Positions 29,294-37,910 of a DNA stretch of 64,000 nucleotides are shown here, piece by piece (position 1 is the stretch's first letter; every line of letters starts with the position of its first letter). The position numbers were made by a program, and so were the translations under genes. The notes beneath the pieces were generated by a model. The model was given only the letters and a program-made list of their open reading frames with translations. It did no database searches and was not told the origin of the DNA. The stretch is taken from contig JBEKFP010000002.1 in the NCBI GenBank assembly GCA_050013255.1, positions 352,001-416,000 on the forward strand, read 5' to 3'. This DNA comes from Candidatus Bathyarchaeia archaeon. GTDB taxonomy: Archaea > Thermoproteota > Bathyarchaeia > 40CM-2-53-6.

Positions 29294-30556
29294 TTACGTC
29301 AATTCAATGATAGGAATTTCTTTCAACCCTAAAACTTCCCGGGCGATTACCCACAACACAGCGAGGCCCGATACGGCTCCGCCCACTAAGATTGTGGGGA
29401 CGATACCAAGATAAGTGCCGAGTATTCCTCCCACTATTGATCCGACAGGCAAAGTACCCCAGTTTACCGTTCGAAATGTGGCGTTCAACCGACCTTGAAG
29501 CCGCTCCGGGACAATGCTCTGCCGAAAGCTTACCTGGTTGATGTTGTAGATTGGTAATGCGAAGCCAGTTACGAAACCAATTACTCCAATTACCAAGAAC
29601 GCAGCTCCGTAGAGGGCTAGAGGTGAAATCATGCTGATGGCTGAAACAAGAATTGATAGAGCGATTGCTGGACCCAATCCTATATGTTTCGTTATGTTAG
29701 GGGCCAAAACTGTGCCAAAAAGGAAACCCACCGCTCCAACCGTGCCAACGAGGCCGATTAATGCAGGGGAGAATTTGAGCATATTCACGAGAAAAATTAC
29801 GAAAACTGCTCCGCCAATCGCACCGCCGAAATTTGCAGTTGCGGTGCAACTCATCAACCTCCAAAGTATCGAATGTCGGAACACTATGCCTACTCCCTCC
29901 TTCATCTCGGAGAAGAATCCTGATTTGCCGTTCAACGCAGACTTCACAACGGGCCTTTGCTCGCATTTTTGTATTGAAAGCAGGGCCAAGGCGGAAGCAA
30001 GATAACCGGCAGCGTCGACGGCGATTGTAAGAGCACCTCCCACGAACTGGTAAACGAATCCAGCTATCCCTGGACCAACAACTTGCGCACCAGAAGCACT
30101 GGTCTGCAGCTTAGCGTTACCCTCCACGAGGTCAACTCGATCAATCAGAACCGGAAGGTATGATTGATACGAGATTTCGAAGAAAACAGTGAAGACCCCG
30201 TTGACAGCCGCTACAATGAACAATTCGCATAATGATAGCGCGTTGAAGTAGTAAGTAATCGGGATCGATGCTAGAGTCGCCATGCGCCCGAGGTTGCACA
30301 TTATCATGATTGGTAGTTTTCTTAGACGATCAGCCCAGACACCGACAAAGAGACCTAGGATTGGAAATGGGATGGTTTGAAGCGCGAGTAACAAGCCCAT
30401 TTCGAATGTGGATGCATGGAATAGTAGCACGGCCATGATTGGTAGGGCAAGCGTAGTAAACTGGTTGCCAAGTTGGCTAACTGTATCACTGAACCAAAGC
30501 CGTTTGAAGTCTCGATGTGACCAGAGCCGTCCACGGGGCGAAATTCTCACCAGCAT
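29294..30556 (-). CDS. MFS transporter (MFS_3-like)
   Basis: About 12 hydrophobic segments, RDFKRLW, GVWADR, RQSIVPERLQGRLNA. Confidence 0.9.
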   Translation of the reverse strand: MLVRISPRGRLWSHRDFKRLWFSDTVSQLGNQFTTLALPIMAVLLFHASTFEMGLLLALQTIPFPILGLFVGVWADRLRKLPIMIMCNLGRMATLASIPITYYFNALSLCELFIVAAVNGVFTVFFEISYQSYLPVLIDRVDLVEGNAKLQTSASGAQVVGPGIAGFVYQFVGGALTIAVDAAGYLASALALLSIQKCEQRPVVKSALNGKSGFFSEMKEGVGIVFRHSILWRLMSCTATANFGGAIGGAVFVIFLVNMLKFSPALIGLVGTVGAVGFLFGTVLAPNITKHIGLGPAIALSILVSAISMISPLALYGAAFLVIGVIGFVTGFALPIYNINQVSFRQSIVPERLQGRLNATFRTVNWGTLPVGSIVGGILGTYLGIVPTILVGGAVSGLAVLWVIAREVLGLKEIPIIELT

Positions 30557-30589
30557 TCCTGCGATTATGTCGTTTTCTTAATTGTAAAC

Positions 30590-31693
30590 CTAGGTTCGCC
30601 GGCGGCGCGTCCCGCGTTTCTTGGTCCTTCTACCGCGTTTGTTCAAGATTAGCCTACTTTGCACAACGAATGCGCAAGTAACAAAGGCTAATGAAAAAAT
30701 GGCCGTCCATATCAGAGGCTTCGTGTAGTCGCCATGCCAGCGTGCCTCCAAAGTGTGCGGCTTGTTCATGCTAATCTGGCCCGTTGTTGCGTGGCCTAGG
30801 AGTGTTTGGCCTTCGTACCAGCCCTGGAATCTCCAATTCCCTCGAAGAATTCCTAGTAAGCCGTTCATTGGTAGGATTCCTGGAGGCGCAGAGACGTTCG
30901 CGACCGAGCCTTCGTTGTACCAGCCCATTCCAGTGACATTCACTTGAGGGCTGATTAGAGTAAGGAAGTGTTGTGTTTGGTAGATTGCCTCTAGGGTAAT
31001 TCCTTGGTTGAGTTGGACTGTTCTATTCTCTTGGGTCACGCCGTCAGACCATTTTTCGAACTTAATCCTGGTTCCATCATCGAGCTGGACAATATCGGGT
31101 ATTGAGACGTTATGGTTGCCAACTACCAGTGACACACTAATACTTCCCTGCCCCTGCTCCTTTCCGTCGACTAAGACGGTCACCGAGTTTGGGACGTTCA
31201 GCTGTAGGTTGAGTGCAGTGGCCACCCTAATTGCAAATTCGACGTCGCTTGTCGAGCCCGGGATGAGCGTTGAGGAGTCGTTGCCATAAATGCCAGCGAC
31301 CAAGGTCAACTGCATAATGCGCCTCGGAGACGTCAGCTGAAATGTTACATTTTCGGTTCCTGCGGACGACGTGATAACCACTAGGCAACCTGCGTACAGA
31401 TAGCGGGGTACGCACTCCGCCGGTGAAGCGTTACCCGAGCCGTTTTCCACGCTACCACTCTCGAGGTCGAAGACCCCCACGGCCAGGAAGTCTCCTACCT
31501 TTGCATCTGAGAAACCCACAGTGGCGCTCACGGTTAAAGGGGGATTAGAAGTTCGCGATTCCAAATTGAAAGCAGACTGCTTGGGATATGAGATGTCAGT
31601 AATCATAGTTGTCTGGGCGCGTACGCTTGGGAAAATGCAAGTCAATAAAGCGATTGTCAGTATGGAAACAAGAATCTGCGGGCGCAATCCCAT
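30590..31693 (-). CDS. Secreted, C-terminally anchored surface protein
   Basis: Signal peptide, beta-rich repeats (FEKWSDG, GWYNEG), C-terminal TM helix and basic tail. Confidence 0.75.
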   Translation of the reverse strand: MGLRPQILVSILTIALLTCIFPSVRAQTTMITDISYPKQSAFNLESRTSNPPLTVSATVGFSDAKVGDFLAVGVFDLESGSVENGSGNASPAECVPRYLYAGCLVVITSSAGTENVTFQLTSPRRIMQLTLVAGIYGNDSSTLIPGSTSDVEFAIRVATALNLQLNVPNSVTVLVDGKEQGQGSISVSLVVGNHNVSIPDIVQLDDGTRIKFEKWSDGVTQENRTVQLNQGITLEAIYQTQHFLTLISPQVNVTGMGWYNEGSVANVSAPPGILPMNGLLGILRGNWRFQGWYEGQTLLGHATTGQISMNKPHTLEARWHGDYTKPLIWTAIFSLAFVTCAFVVQSRLILNKRGRRTKKRGTRRRRT

Positions 31694-31772
31694 CTAAGAA
31701 CGTGGAGTTCGACCTATATGAAAAGACTTACCACAAAACTCTACTGATCGCATAGGACATCGCCTTCCAAGT

Positions 31773-33122
31773 TCATCTGCGCGTACGATGGGGGCTTTTG
31801 CCGGTCTTTCGCCAGCGCGTAGCAAGAAACATAATAACTATCACGGATGCAGAAACTCCAACAAGGGTTACCGTGTAATCGCTTATCCAAACTGCAGTTA
31901 CAGTTCTTGGGCCGTCCATGGTGATCGTACATTCCGGCTGGATTGATGTACAGGCTCCCTCCCAGTTGCTAAACACGTACCTGACTCCAATTAACCCTAA
32001 CCAGCCTTCTACGGGAACGGCGCTTGGAACAGTTGCTTTCGCCTCAGTGCCGCTGAAGTACCAGCCTGAGCCATTCGTGGCGCTGTGCGAGGAATTGATG
32101 GTAAGTTGGTATTGTTTTCCATAGTTGAGTGTTAAGGTCATGTTATTGCCGATCGTTAGTCGGCGAGTTGCTTCTTTGGAGCCATCGCCCCAATTCTCAA
32201 AGACTGCCCGTTGTCCCTCGCCTAATGGTACGACCTGTGGGACAGATACGGAGTATGTGCCCCACGGTATAAGTGCCTCAAGGTTTCCATTAGCATCCGT
32301 TTCGAAGGTTTGGTTCGCAATGGAAATTTGAAGATGTGCATATTGAGACTCGAATCGTAGGTAAGGTTCTACGAAGACGAGAGACAAACGTGGTAAGGTT
32401 ATTCCTTTTGCCTCTTGAGTTTCTCTTGAATCGAACCAAACATAGTTCTTCCAGTCGACCGAAGACCCTGTTAGGGCCAAAGAGACTTCGCTTGAATTAC
32501 TGAGCGAAAGGCCTACGATCTTGGTGACATCCCACCGAGCCCAAGTACCATTGGCGGTTACTCTTGCAGTAGAAGAATCGGTCGGTATAATCGAAGGCAT
32601 GTTCTCCCAGTCAATCGTGTCCTCCGTCCAATCATTACTCGGAACTGACTTTACATCAACGCTCGCGTTATAGAGAAAGTTCGTCAGCCGCACGTACAAT
32701 GACAATGATGCGTTGCTAGGCTTTGCATGGACGCGTAGAATCTGTATGGGGAGAACATCAGTTAGAGTGAACTTGAGGTACGCTATGTCGCGAGCCACTG
32801 GAACGCTCGGGGTGGCTTGAACGATCAATACGGGTAGACCTCCGAAGTTAGTTATTGGGGACAAATTGTCAACGAAGGAATCCTGGGTTGGTGTAACGAC
32901 GGCGTGCACAATGGAGGGCAGACGACCGCTCGCAGGTGATGGAGAGAGAGGACGGCTCAGTGTAGCAGAAAATGGGGATGCCTCACTGGATCTAAGAGGG
33001 TTTATGGAATTTGATTGTGAAGTAGCAAGTTCCGCTGAAGCGATGGATGGGAGCAATAGAAGCCAAATGACGAATAGTTGTGAACCTAGAGTGTGAACTT
33101 TCGTCTCGACGTCCTCCCTCAC
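31773..33122 (-). CDS. Surface protein with a DNRLRE/CBM96-like domain and C-terminal TM anchor
   Basis: PTQDSFV...NFG, AYLKF, WTEDTIDWENMP, WDVT, FDSRE, PRL pattern. Confidence 0.7.
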   Translation of the reverse strand: MREDVETKVHTLGSQLFVIWLLLLPSIASAELATSQSNSINPLRSSEASPFSATLSRPLSPSPASGRLPSIVHAVVTPTQDSFVDNLSPITNFGGLPVLIVQATPSVPVARDIAYLKFTLTDVLPIQILRVHAKPSNASLSLYVRLTNFLYNASVDVKSVPSNDWTEDTIDWENMPSIIPTDSSTARVTANGTWARWDVTKIVGLSLSNSSEVSLALTGSSVDWKNYVWFDSRETQEAKGITLPRLSLVFVEPYLRFESQYAHLQISIANQTFETDANGNLEALIPWGTYSVSVPQVVPLGEGQRAVFENWGDGSKEATRRLTIGNNMTLTLNYGKQYQLTINSSHSATNGSGWYFSGTEAKATVPSAVPVEGWLGLIGVRYVFSNWEGACTSIQPECTITMDGPRTVTAVWISDYTVTLVGVSASVIVIMFLATRWRKTGKSPHRTRR

Positions 33123-33206
33123 AGTTTTTCTCGAATTCTCTCGATGGAGGTGTTCAGCTAGCTCAGCAGTCGAGTATAGCCTTGATGGAGGATATCAGGC
33201 GTGGTG

Positions 33207-33797
33207 TTATGGCGAATGGTCCGCACCTTTCTTACTCAGTAGGTCCCGGAGCGCCTTGTCCATCATTCGATCTCTTCGTTCCTTGTACTCATAGTAATAG
33301 AGCGAAGATAGGCCCGCAAGGATAACGAAAATCCCGAGAGTTGTTGCTCCCCCACGATATTGGTAGAATGGTGACCACACGGAGTCTAAGTGGAATTGAA
33401 ACGAGCTATTGTAGCTCGTTATCATCAGAAGGTAGGGCCCGCTCTTCGGGGCTATTGCGAAAAAGACGATTCCCTTCTGATTAGGTCCGAATGTGACATA
33501 AAGAATCGTGGGAAGGTTAATGGTAAGTTGTTGCGAATCAAACGATGCCAACAACAAGGTTGTGGCACCTGGCTTGTCAGCGAGAAAGTCTAGGTTGATC
33601 GGTGTGCCCTTATCGACGGGGGGAACGATGTACGTTGATACGGTATAGGGCGCGTACTGAGCCCTTGGACCGCTGCCCGTCATTCGCTGCGGAGTTTTGT
33701 AATACGGCAACAGTACCCCTGTAATTAGCAGCAGAACTCCGAAAACAATAGTGGCGTTCGAAAGATGTTGGAAAACTCGAGCGTTCGTAAGCGCCAC
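33207..33797 (-). CDS. Hypothetical membrane protein (two TM helices)
   Basis: N- and C-terminal hydrophobic helices flanking a beta-rich domain. Confidence 0.7.
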   Translation of the reverse strand: MALTNARVFQHLSNATIVFGVLLLITGVLLPYYKTPQRMTGSGPRAQYAPYTVSTYIVPPVDKGTPINLDFLADKPGATTLLLASFDSQQLTINLPTILYVTFGPNQKGIVFFAIAPKSGPYLLMITSYNSSFQFHLDSVWSPFYQYRGGATTLGIFVILAGLSSLYYYEYKERRDRMMDKALRDLLSKKGADHSP

Positions 33798-33835
33798 ACC
33801 TGGCTAATCCAGTCTTCTATTGGGTTAGGCAGATT

Positions 33836-34846
33836 CTAGACAAATTTGTCTGCGTGGTGACATGCCACATAATGGTTCGGTATCAGTTTATCTTCGAATG
33901 TCGGAGCGGTTTCCCCGCAAATTTCAGTAGCATATGGGCAGCGAGGATGAAATCTACAACCTTTAGGCGGGTTGATGGGGCTAGGCACTTCACCGGGCAA
34001 GATTACCCTCGTGGTCTTATGTTTGACATCAGGTACTGGGACTGCAGAAATTAACGCTTGAGTATACGGATGTAGGGGTTTATCGTAGAGACTGTTGGTT
34101 TCGGCAAGTTCTACAATCTCACCTAGATACATGACGGCGACGCGATGGCTAATTTGCCGGACTGAACTCAGGTCATGCGAGATATACAAATAGGAAAATT
34201 CTTTCTTCTGCTGCAGGTCGACAAGCAAATTCAGTATTTGTGCTCTTATGGAGACGTCCAGCGAGGAGACTGGCTCATCACAGACAATGAACTCAGGGTC
34301 AACAGCTAGTGCTCTAGCGATTGCCACACGTTGCCGTTGACCTCCGCTGAACTCGTGTGGATATCGCTCCGCATGATACTCCTCGAGGTTCACCATCCGA
34401 AGCAATTCGTATACTCTTTCCTTCCAATCTTTCTTGGGGATATTCTTGTGAATTATGAAGGGCTCGCTCAGGATGTCAAATATTGTCATTCTGGGGTCAA
34501 GTGAGGTGTACGGGTTTTGGAAGACCATCTGCATTTTCCGCCTCAGTTTCTTTGCATCTGCCGTCTTCCCGCCCTTACCGAAAGTTTCGAACACGTCCAT
34601 TCCGTGAAATTCAACTGTGCCTGAGGTGGGTTCTTCCAAGTAGAGCAGTACTTTCCCGGCTGTGGTCTTTCCGCAGCCGCTCTCCCCTACGAGGCCCAAT
34701 GTTTCGCTTTGTTTGATATCGAAGGTAACGTTGTCGACAGCGTGTACTTCGCCAACCTTCTTCCTTCCGATTATTCCTCGTTCAACTACGTCGAAGTGTT
34801 TGACTAGAGATTTTACTTGAAGCCTAGGTTCGGACGATTGAGTCAT
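33836..34846 (-). CDS. Peptide ABC ATPase (OppF-like)
   Basis: GESGCGKT, FSGGQRQR, CDEPVSSLD, GCRFHPRC. Start set at MTQSS. Confidence 0.94.
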   Translation of the reverse strand: MTQSSEPRLQVKSLVKHFDVVERGIIGRKKVGEVHAVDNVTFDIKQSETLGLVGESGCGKTTAGKVLLYLEEPTSGTVEFHGMDVFETFGKGGKTADAKKLRRKMQMVFQNPYTSLDPRMTIFDILSEPFIIHKNIPKKDWKERVYELLRMVNLEEYHAERYPHEFSGGQRQRVAIARALAVDPEFIVCDEPVSSLDVSIRAQILNLLVDLQQKKEFSYLYISHDLSSVRQISHRVAVMYLGEIVELAETNSLYDKPLHPYTQALISAVPVPDVKHKTTRVILPGEVPSPINPPKGCRFHPRCPYATEICGETAPTFEDKLIPNHYVACHHADKFV

Positions 34847-34850
34847 CTTG

Positions 34851-35837
34851 CTAACTCTTCCCTTCGAGGTCGAGTTCTCTCCACCTATGGCACGCGACGT
34901 AGTGTCCTTCAGCAACTTTCTCCCATTGGGGATCCTGTTTCATGCAGATATCTTTCGCGTACTTACAACGGGGATGGAATACGCACCCTGTCGGAGGTTC
35001 GATGAGGTTGGGTATGTTGCCAGGGATTACCTCCAACGCCCTCGTTTGCGTCACGCTTGGTACGGCTTTTAGAAGTGCTTCTGTATACGGGTGCTTGGGC
35101 TGGGTGAAGAGTGTAGTTGTGTCCGCCTCCTCCATGACCTTGCCCGCGTATAGAACAGTCACGCGTTCTGTCATGTCTGCAACTATTCCCATGTCATGGG
35201 TAATCATGACCATCGTCATCCCATACTCTTTTTGGAGTTGCTTTAGGAGGTCCAGCACTTGGGCTTGGATGGTAACATCAAGGTTCGTTGTTGGTTCATC
35301 CGCGAAGAGTAGTCTCGGTTCGCAGGACAGGGCGCGAGCGATCGCAATTCGCTGTTTCATTCCTCCACTCAGTTCGTGCGGGTACGCGTTCAGCCTGCTT
35401 TCAGGCTCCTGAATTCCAACCTTCTCAAGCAACCCTAAGGCAGACTTTGTTGCCTGCTCCTTCGTAAGCCCCTTGTGAAGGAGAATAATGTCGGTGAGTT
35501 GCTTCTTCACAGTGTACACCGGATTGAGCGATGTGGTAGGGTCTTGGAAGACAACAGCCATCTTGGCGCCTCGCATTTTCCGCATTTCAGATTCTGATTT
35601 CTCTAGGAGGTTTTCTCCATCGAATTTTATGGTCCCATCGACGATTCGTCCCGGTCTCGGAACTATTCGCAGAACGGATTGAGCGGTAACCGACTTACCG
35701 GACCCAGATTCCCCAACGAGCCCTACGGTTTTGCCTTCTTCCACTGAAAGAGAGATGCCATCTACCGCCTTTACAACCCCTGCTTCGGTGAAGAAGTAGG
35801 TGCGGAGGCCAGTAACGTCTAGGAGGTTCTTCGTCAT
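34851..35837 (-). CDS. Peptide ABC ATPase (OppD-like)
   Basis: GESGSGKS, LSGGMKQR, ADEPTTNLD, GCVFHPRC. Confidence 0.94.
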   Translation of the reverse strand: MTKNLLDVTGLRTYFFTEAGVVKAVDGISLSVEEGKTVGLVGESGSGKSVTAQSVLRIVPRPGRIVDGTIKFDGENLLEKSESEMRKMRGAKMAVVFQDPTTSLNPVYTVKKQLTDIILLHKGLTKEQATKSALGLLEKVGIQEPESRLNAYPHELSGGMKQRIAIARALSCEPRLLFADEPTTNLDVTIQAQVLDLLKQLQKEYGMTMVMITHDMGIVADMTERVTVLYAGKVMEEADTTTLFTQPKHPYTEALLKAVPSVTQTRALEVIPGNIPNLIEPPTGCVFHPRCKYAKDICMKQDPQWEKVAEGHYVACHRWRELDLEGKS

Positions 35838-35855
35838 GATTCGATTCAACTATTG

Positions 35856-36746
35856 TTATTCACGAAGTCTCGGATTGAGCGCGTCGGATAGTCCGTCGCC
35901 CATAAGGTTGAACCCTAGGACGGCGAATACCACGGCCAACCCTGGGAAAAGCGCGACCCACCAGTCAGTCCTGACGTATGAGAACCCCTCGTTTAGCAAT
36001 AATCCCCACGTCGTCGTGTTCGCGTCCCCGAAACCGAGGAAGCTTATGATTACTTCAGTCAGAATGAATCCTGCAATGTTCAGAGTCGTTACTACAATAA
36101 CCGGCGACATTATGTTGGGGACAATGTGCCGAAACAGCAGTCGAGAAGAGCCCGCCCCAAGCGACCGCGCTGCCTGAACGAAATCCATCTCTCTAACACG
36201 AAGAGTTTCGCCGCGAACGATGAAAGCAACACCTGACCAACCAAAGAAGGAAAGAATTAACACAATCAATGTGAGTCCAAACCCCCTAAACACCAACTGT
36301 AAGAAAATTCGTGCAAAGAGAAGTATCAAGAGGATCGCAGGAATAACGAAGAACACCTGGATAACGCCTAGTACGACGTCTGAAACGATCCCCTTGAAGT
36401 AGCCTCCAAGTGCTCCCAACGCAATTCCGATAATCATAGTTAGAAGAGCGGCGGCGAGCCCTACGTAGAGGTCACCCCTAGTGCCGTGTATAACCTCGCT
36501 AAACACGTCGATTCCAGAAGATTCAACTCCGAAAGGATGCTGCCATGAGGGTGGCGTACCTGCAACGCCTTCGTAAAGGGGCTCATAGCTGCGGGGCGGA
36601 TAAGGGGCTAGCCACGGTGAAAGAACCGCTACGGCGAGGAAGAATACTACCATTGCACTTCCGATTAAAGCCGACTTGTTTCTTCGAAACCGCCGCCAAG
36701 CAACCGCCCACTGTGTTGCAGCACGTCTCTCAGCAGGTTTCTCCAC
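35856..36746 (-). CDS. Peptide ABC permease (OppC-like)
   Basis: WRRFRRNK, HPFG, DFVQAARSLGA, SFLGFG, GDGLSDALNPR. Confidence 0.93.
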   Translation of the reverse strand: MEKPAERRAATQWAVAWRRFRRNKSALIGSAMVVFFLAVAVLSPWLAPYPPRSYEPLYEGVAGTPPSWQHPFGVESSGIDVFSEVIHGTRGDLYVGLAAALLTMIIGIALGALGGYFKGIVSDVVLGVIQVFFVIPAILLILLFARIFLQLVFRGFGLTLIVLILSFFGWSGVAFIVRGETLRVREMDFVQAARSLGAGSSRLLFRHIVPNIMSPVIVVTTLNIAGFILTEVIISFLGFGDANTTTWGLLLNEGFSYVRTDWWVALFPGLAVVFAVLGFNLMGDGLSDALNPRLRE

Positions 36747-36756
36747 TAATCCTCAC

Positions 36757-37752
36757 CTAACCAATGCGGACTCTCGGGTCAAGCATCGCATATACCAAAT
36801 CAGTTATCAGATTCGCTACCAACACCATGATCGTGATGACGACGGTTATTCCCTGGACGAGAGGAATGTCAAGGACTGACGCCGCGCGGGCGAAAGCATA
36901 GCCTAACCCTGGCCATGAGAACACTGTCTCGGTTGCAGGAGCTCCTCCGAGGGCCGCCCCGAAAGATAACCCGACAATCGTGACGACAGGAGTGATGGCG
37001 TTTCTCAAAGCATAACGATAGGTTACGGTGCGCTCGCTCAATCCGCTTGCGCGGGCCGCGAGAATGTAATCCTGCCGTAGGGCTTCTAGCATGTTGGCCC
37101 TGACCAACCTCACGATTGTTGCTAAGCTTACGTAAGTTAGAACGGCGACTGGAAGGATAAGGTGCATTAAGTAGTCCGTTATCGGGCTTCCACCCCACAT
37201 GAAGGAGATGCCCGCAGACCCACTGCTAGGCAGCCAACCAAGCTCGAACGAAAACACAATGATGAGCATTATTCCCAACCAAAATGTGGGCATTGAATAA
37301 CCAAAAATGGCAAAGGTAGTAATCGCATAATCGCTCTTCGCATACTGGTGCTTTGCGGAATAAACCCCCACAGGGATTCCAATGACCACGGCGAGCAGTA
37401 GCGAGATCACTTGAAGTTCAAGTGTGGTAAGTGTCCACGCACCAATCTGATCAGAGACCTGCCTGCCGCTTATGGAAACGCCAAGATTTCCTTGCATGAG
37501 GTTCCACAGCCAGTAGAGAAAACGTTCCCACACCGGCTTATCCAGATGATAATACGCGCGGAGAGCTGCGAGGACTGCGGGGCTGGGGTTTCTAAGGTAG
37601 ATCCTGATTAGATCAATTGGGTTTCCGGCTGCGTAGCCAACGAAGAAGGTAAGCATCGCTACACCAAGAAAGACGGGTATCATGAAGAGCAAACGCCTTA
37701 TAAGGTAGCGAAAAATGCTGGCCAATCGTATCCCTAGACGAAGTGACCGCAT
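36757..37752 (-). CDS. Peptide ABC permease (OppB-like)
   Basis: RYLIRRLL, LDKP, SMPTFWLG, DYILAARASGL, DPR. True start may be the TTG near 37725. Confidence 0.92.
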   Translation of the reverse strand: MRSLRLGIRLASIFRYLIRRLLFMIPVFLGVAMLTFFVGYAAGNPIDLIRIYLRNPSPAVLAALRAYYHLDKPVWERFLYWLWNLMQGNLGVSISGRQVSDQIGAWTLTTLELQVISLLLAVVIGIPVGVYSAKHQYAKSDYAITTFAIFGYSMPTFWLGIMLIIVFSFELGWLPSSGSAGISFMWGGSPITDYLMHLILPVAVLTYVSLATIVRLVRANMLEALRQDYILAARASGLSERTVTYRYALRNAITPVVTIVGLSFGAALGGAPATETVFSWPGLGYAFARAASVLDIPLVQGITVVITIMVLVANLITDLVYAMLDPRVRIG

Positions 37753-37910
37753 ACCGCGGCTATATTTGTTTCGTGCTCAACTATGCAGGTCAGTTGACTG
37801 CTTTTCTGCCTGGAATTTTCGGCTCTAGGATAGAGAGAACTCGCGCACCGTTTCGTTACGAGAAAATCAGAAAACTAGCTCATTTGTGATAAGGCATAAA
37901 TAGCGAGATT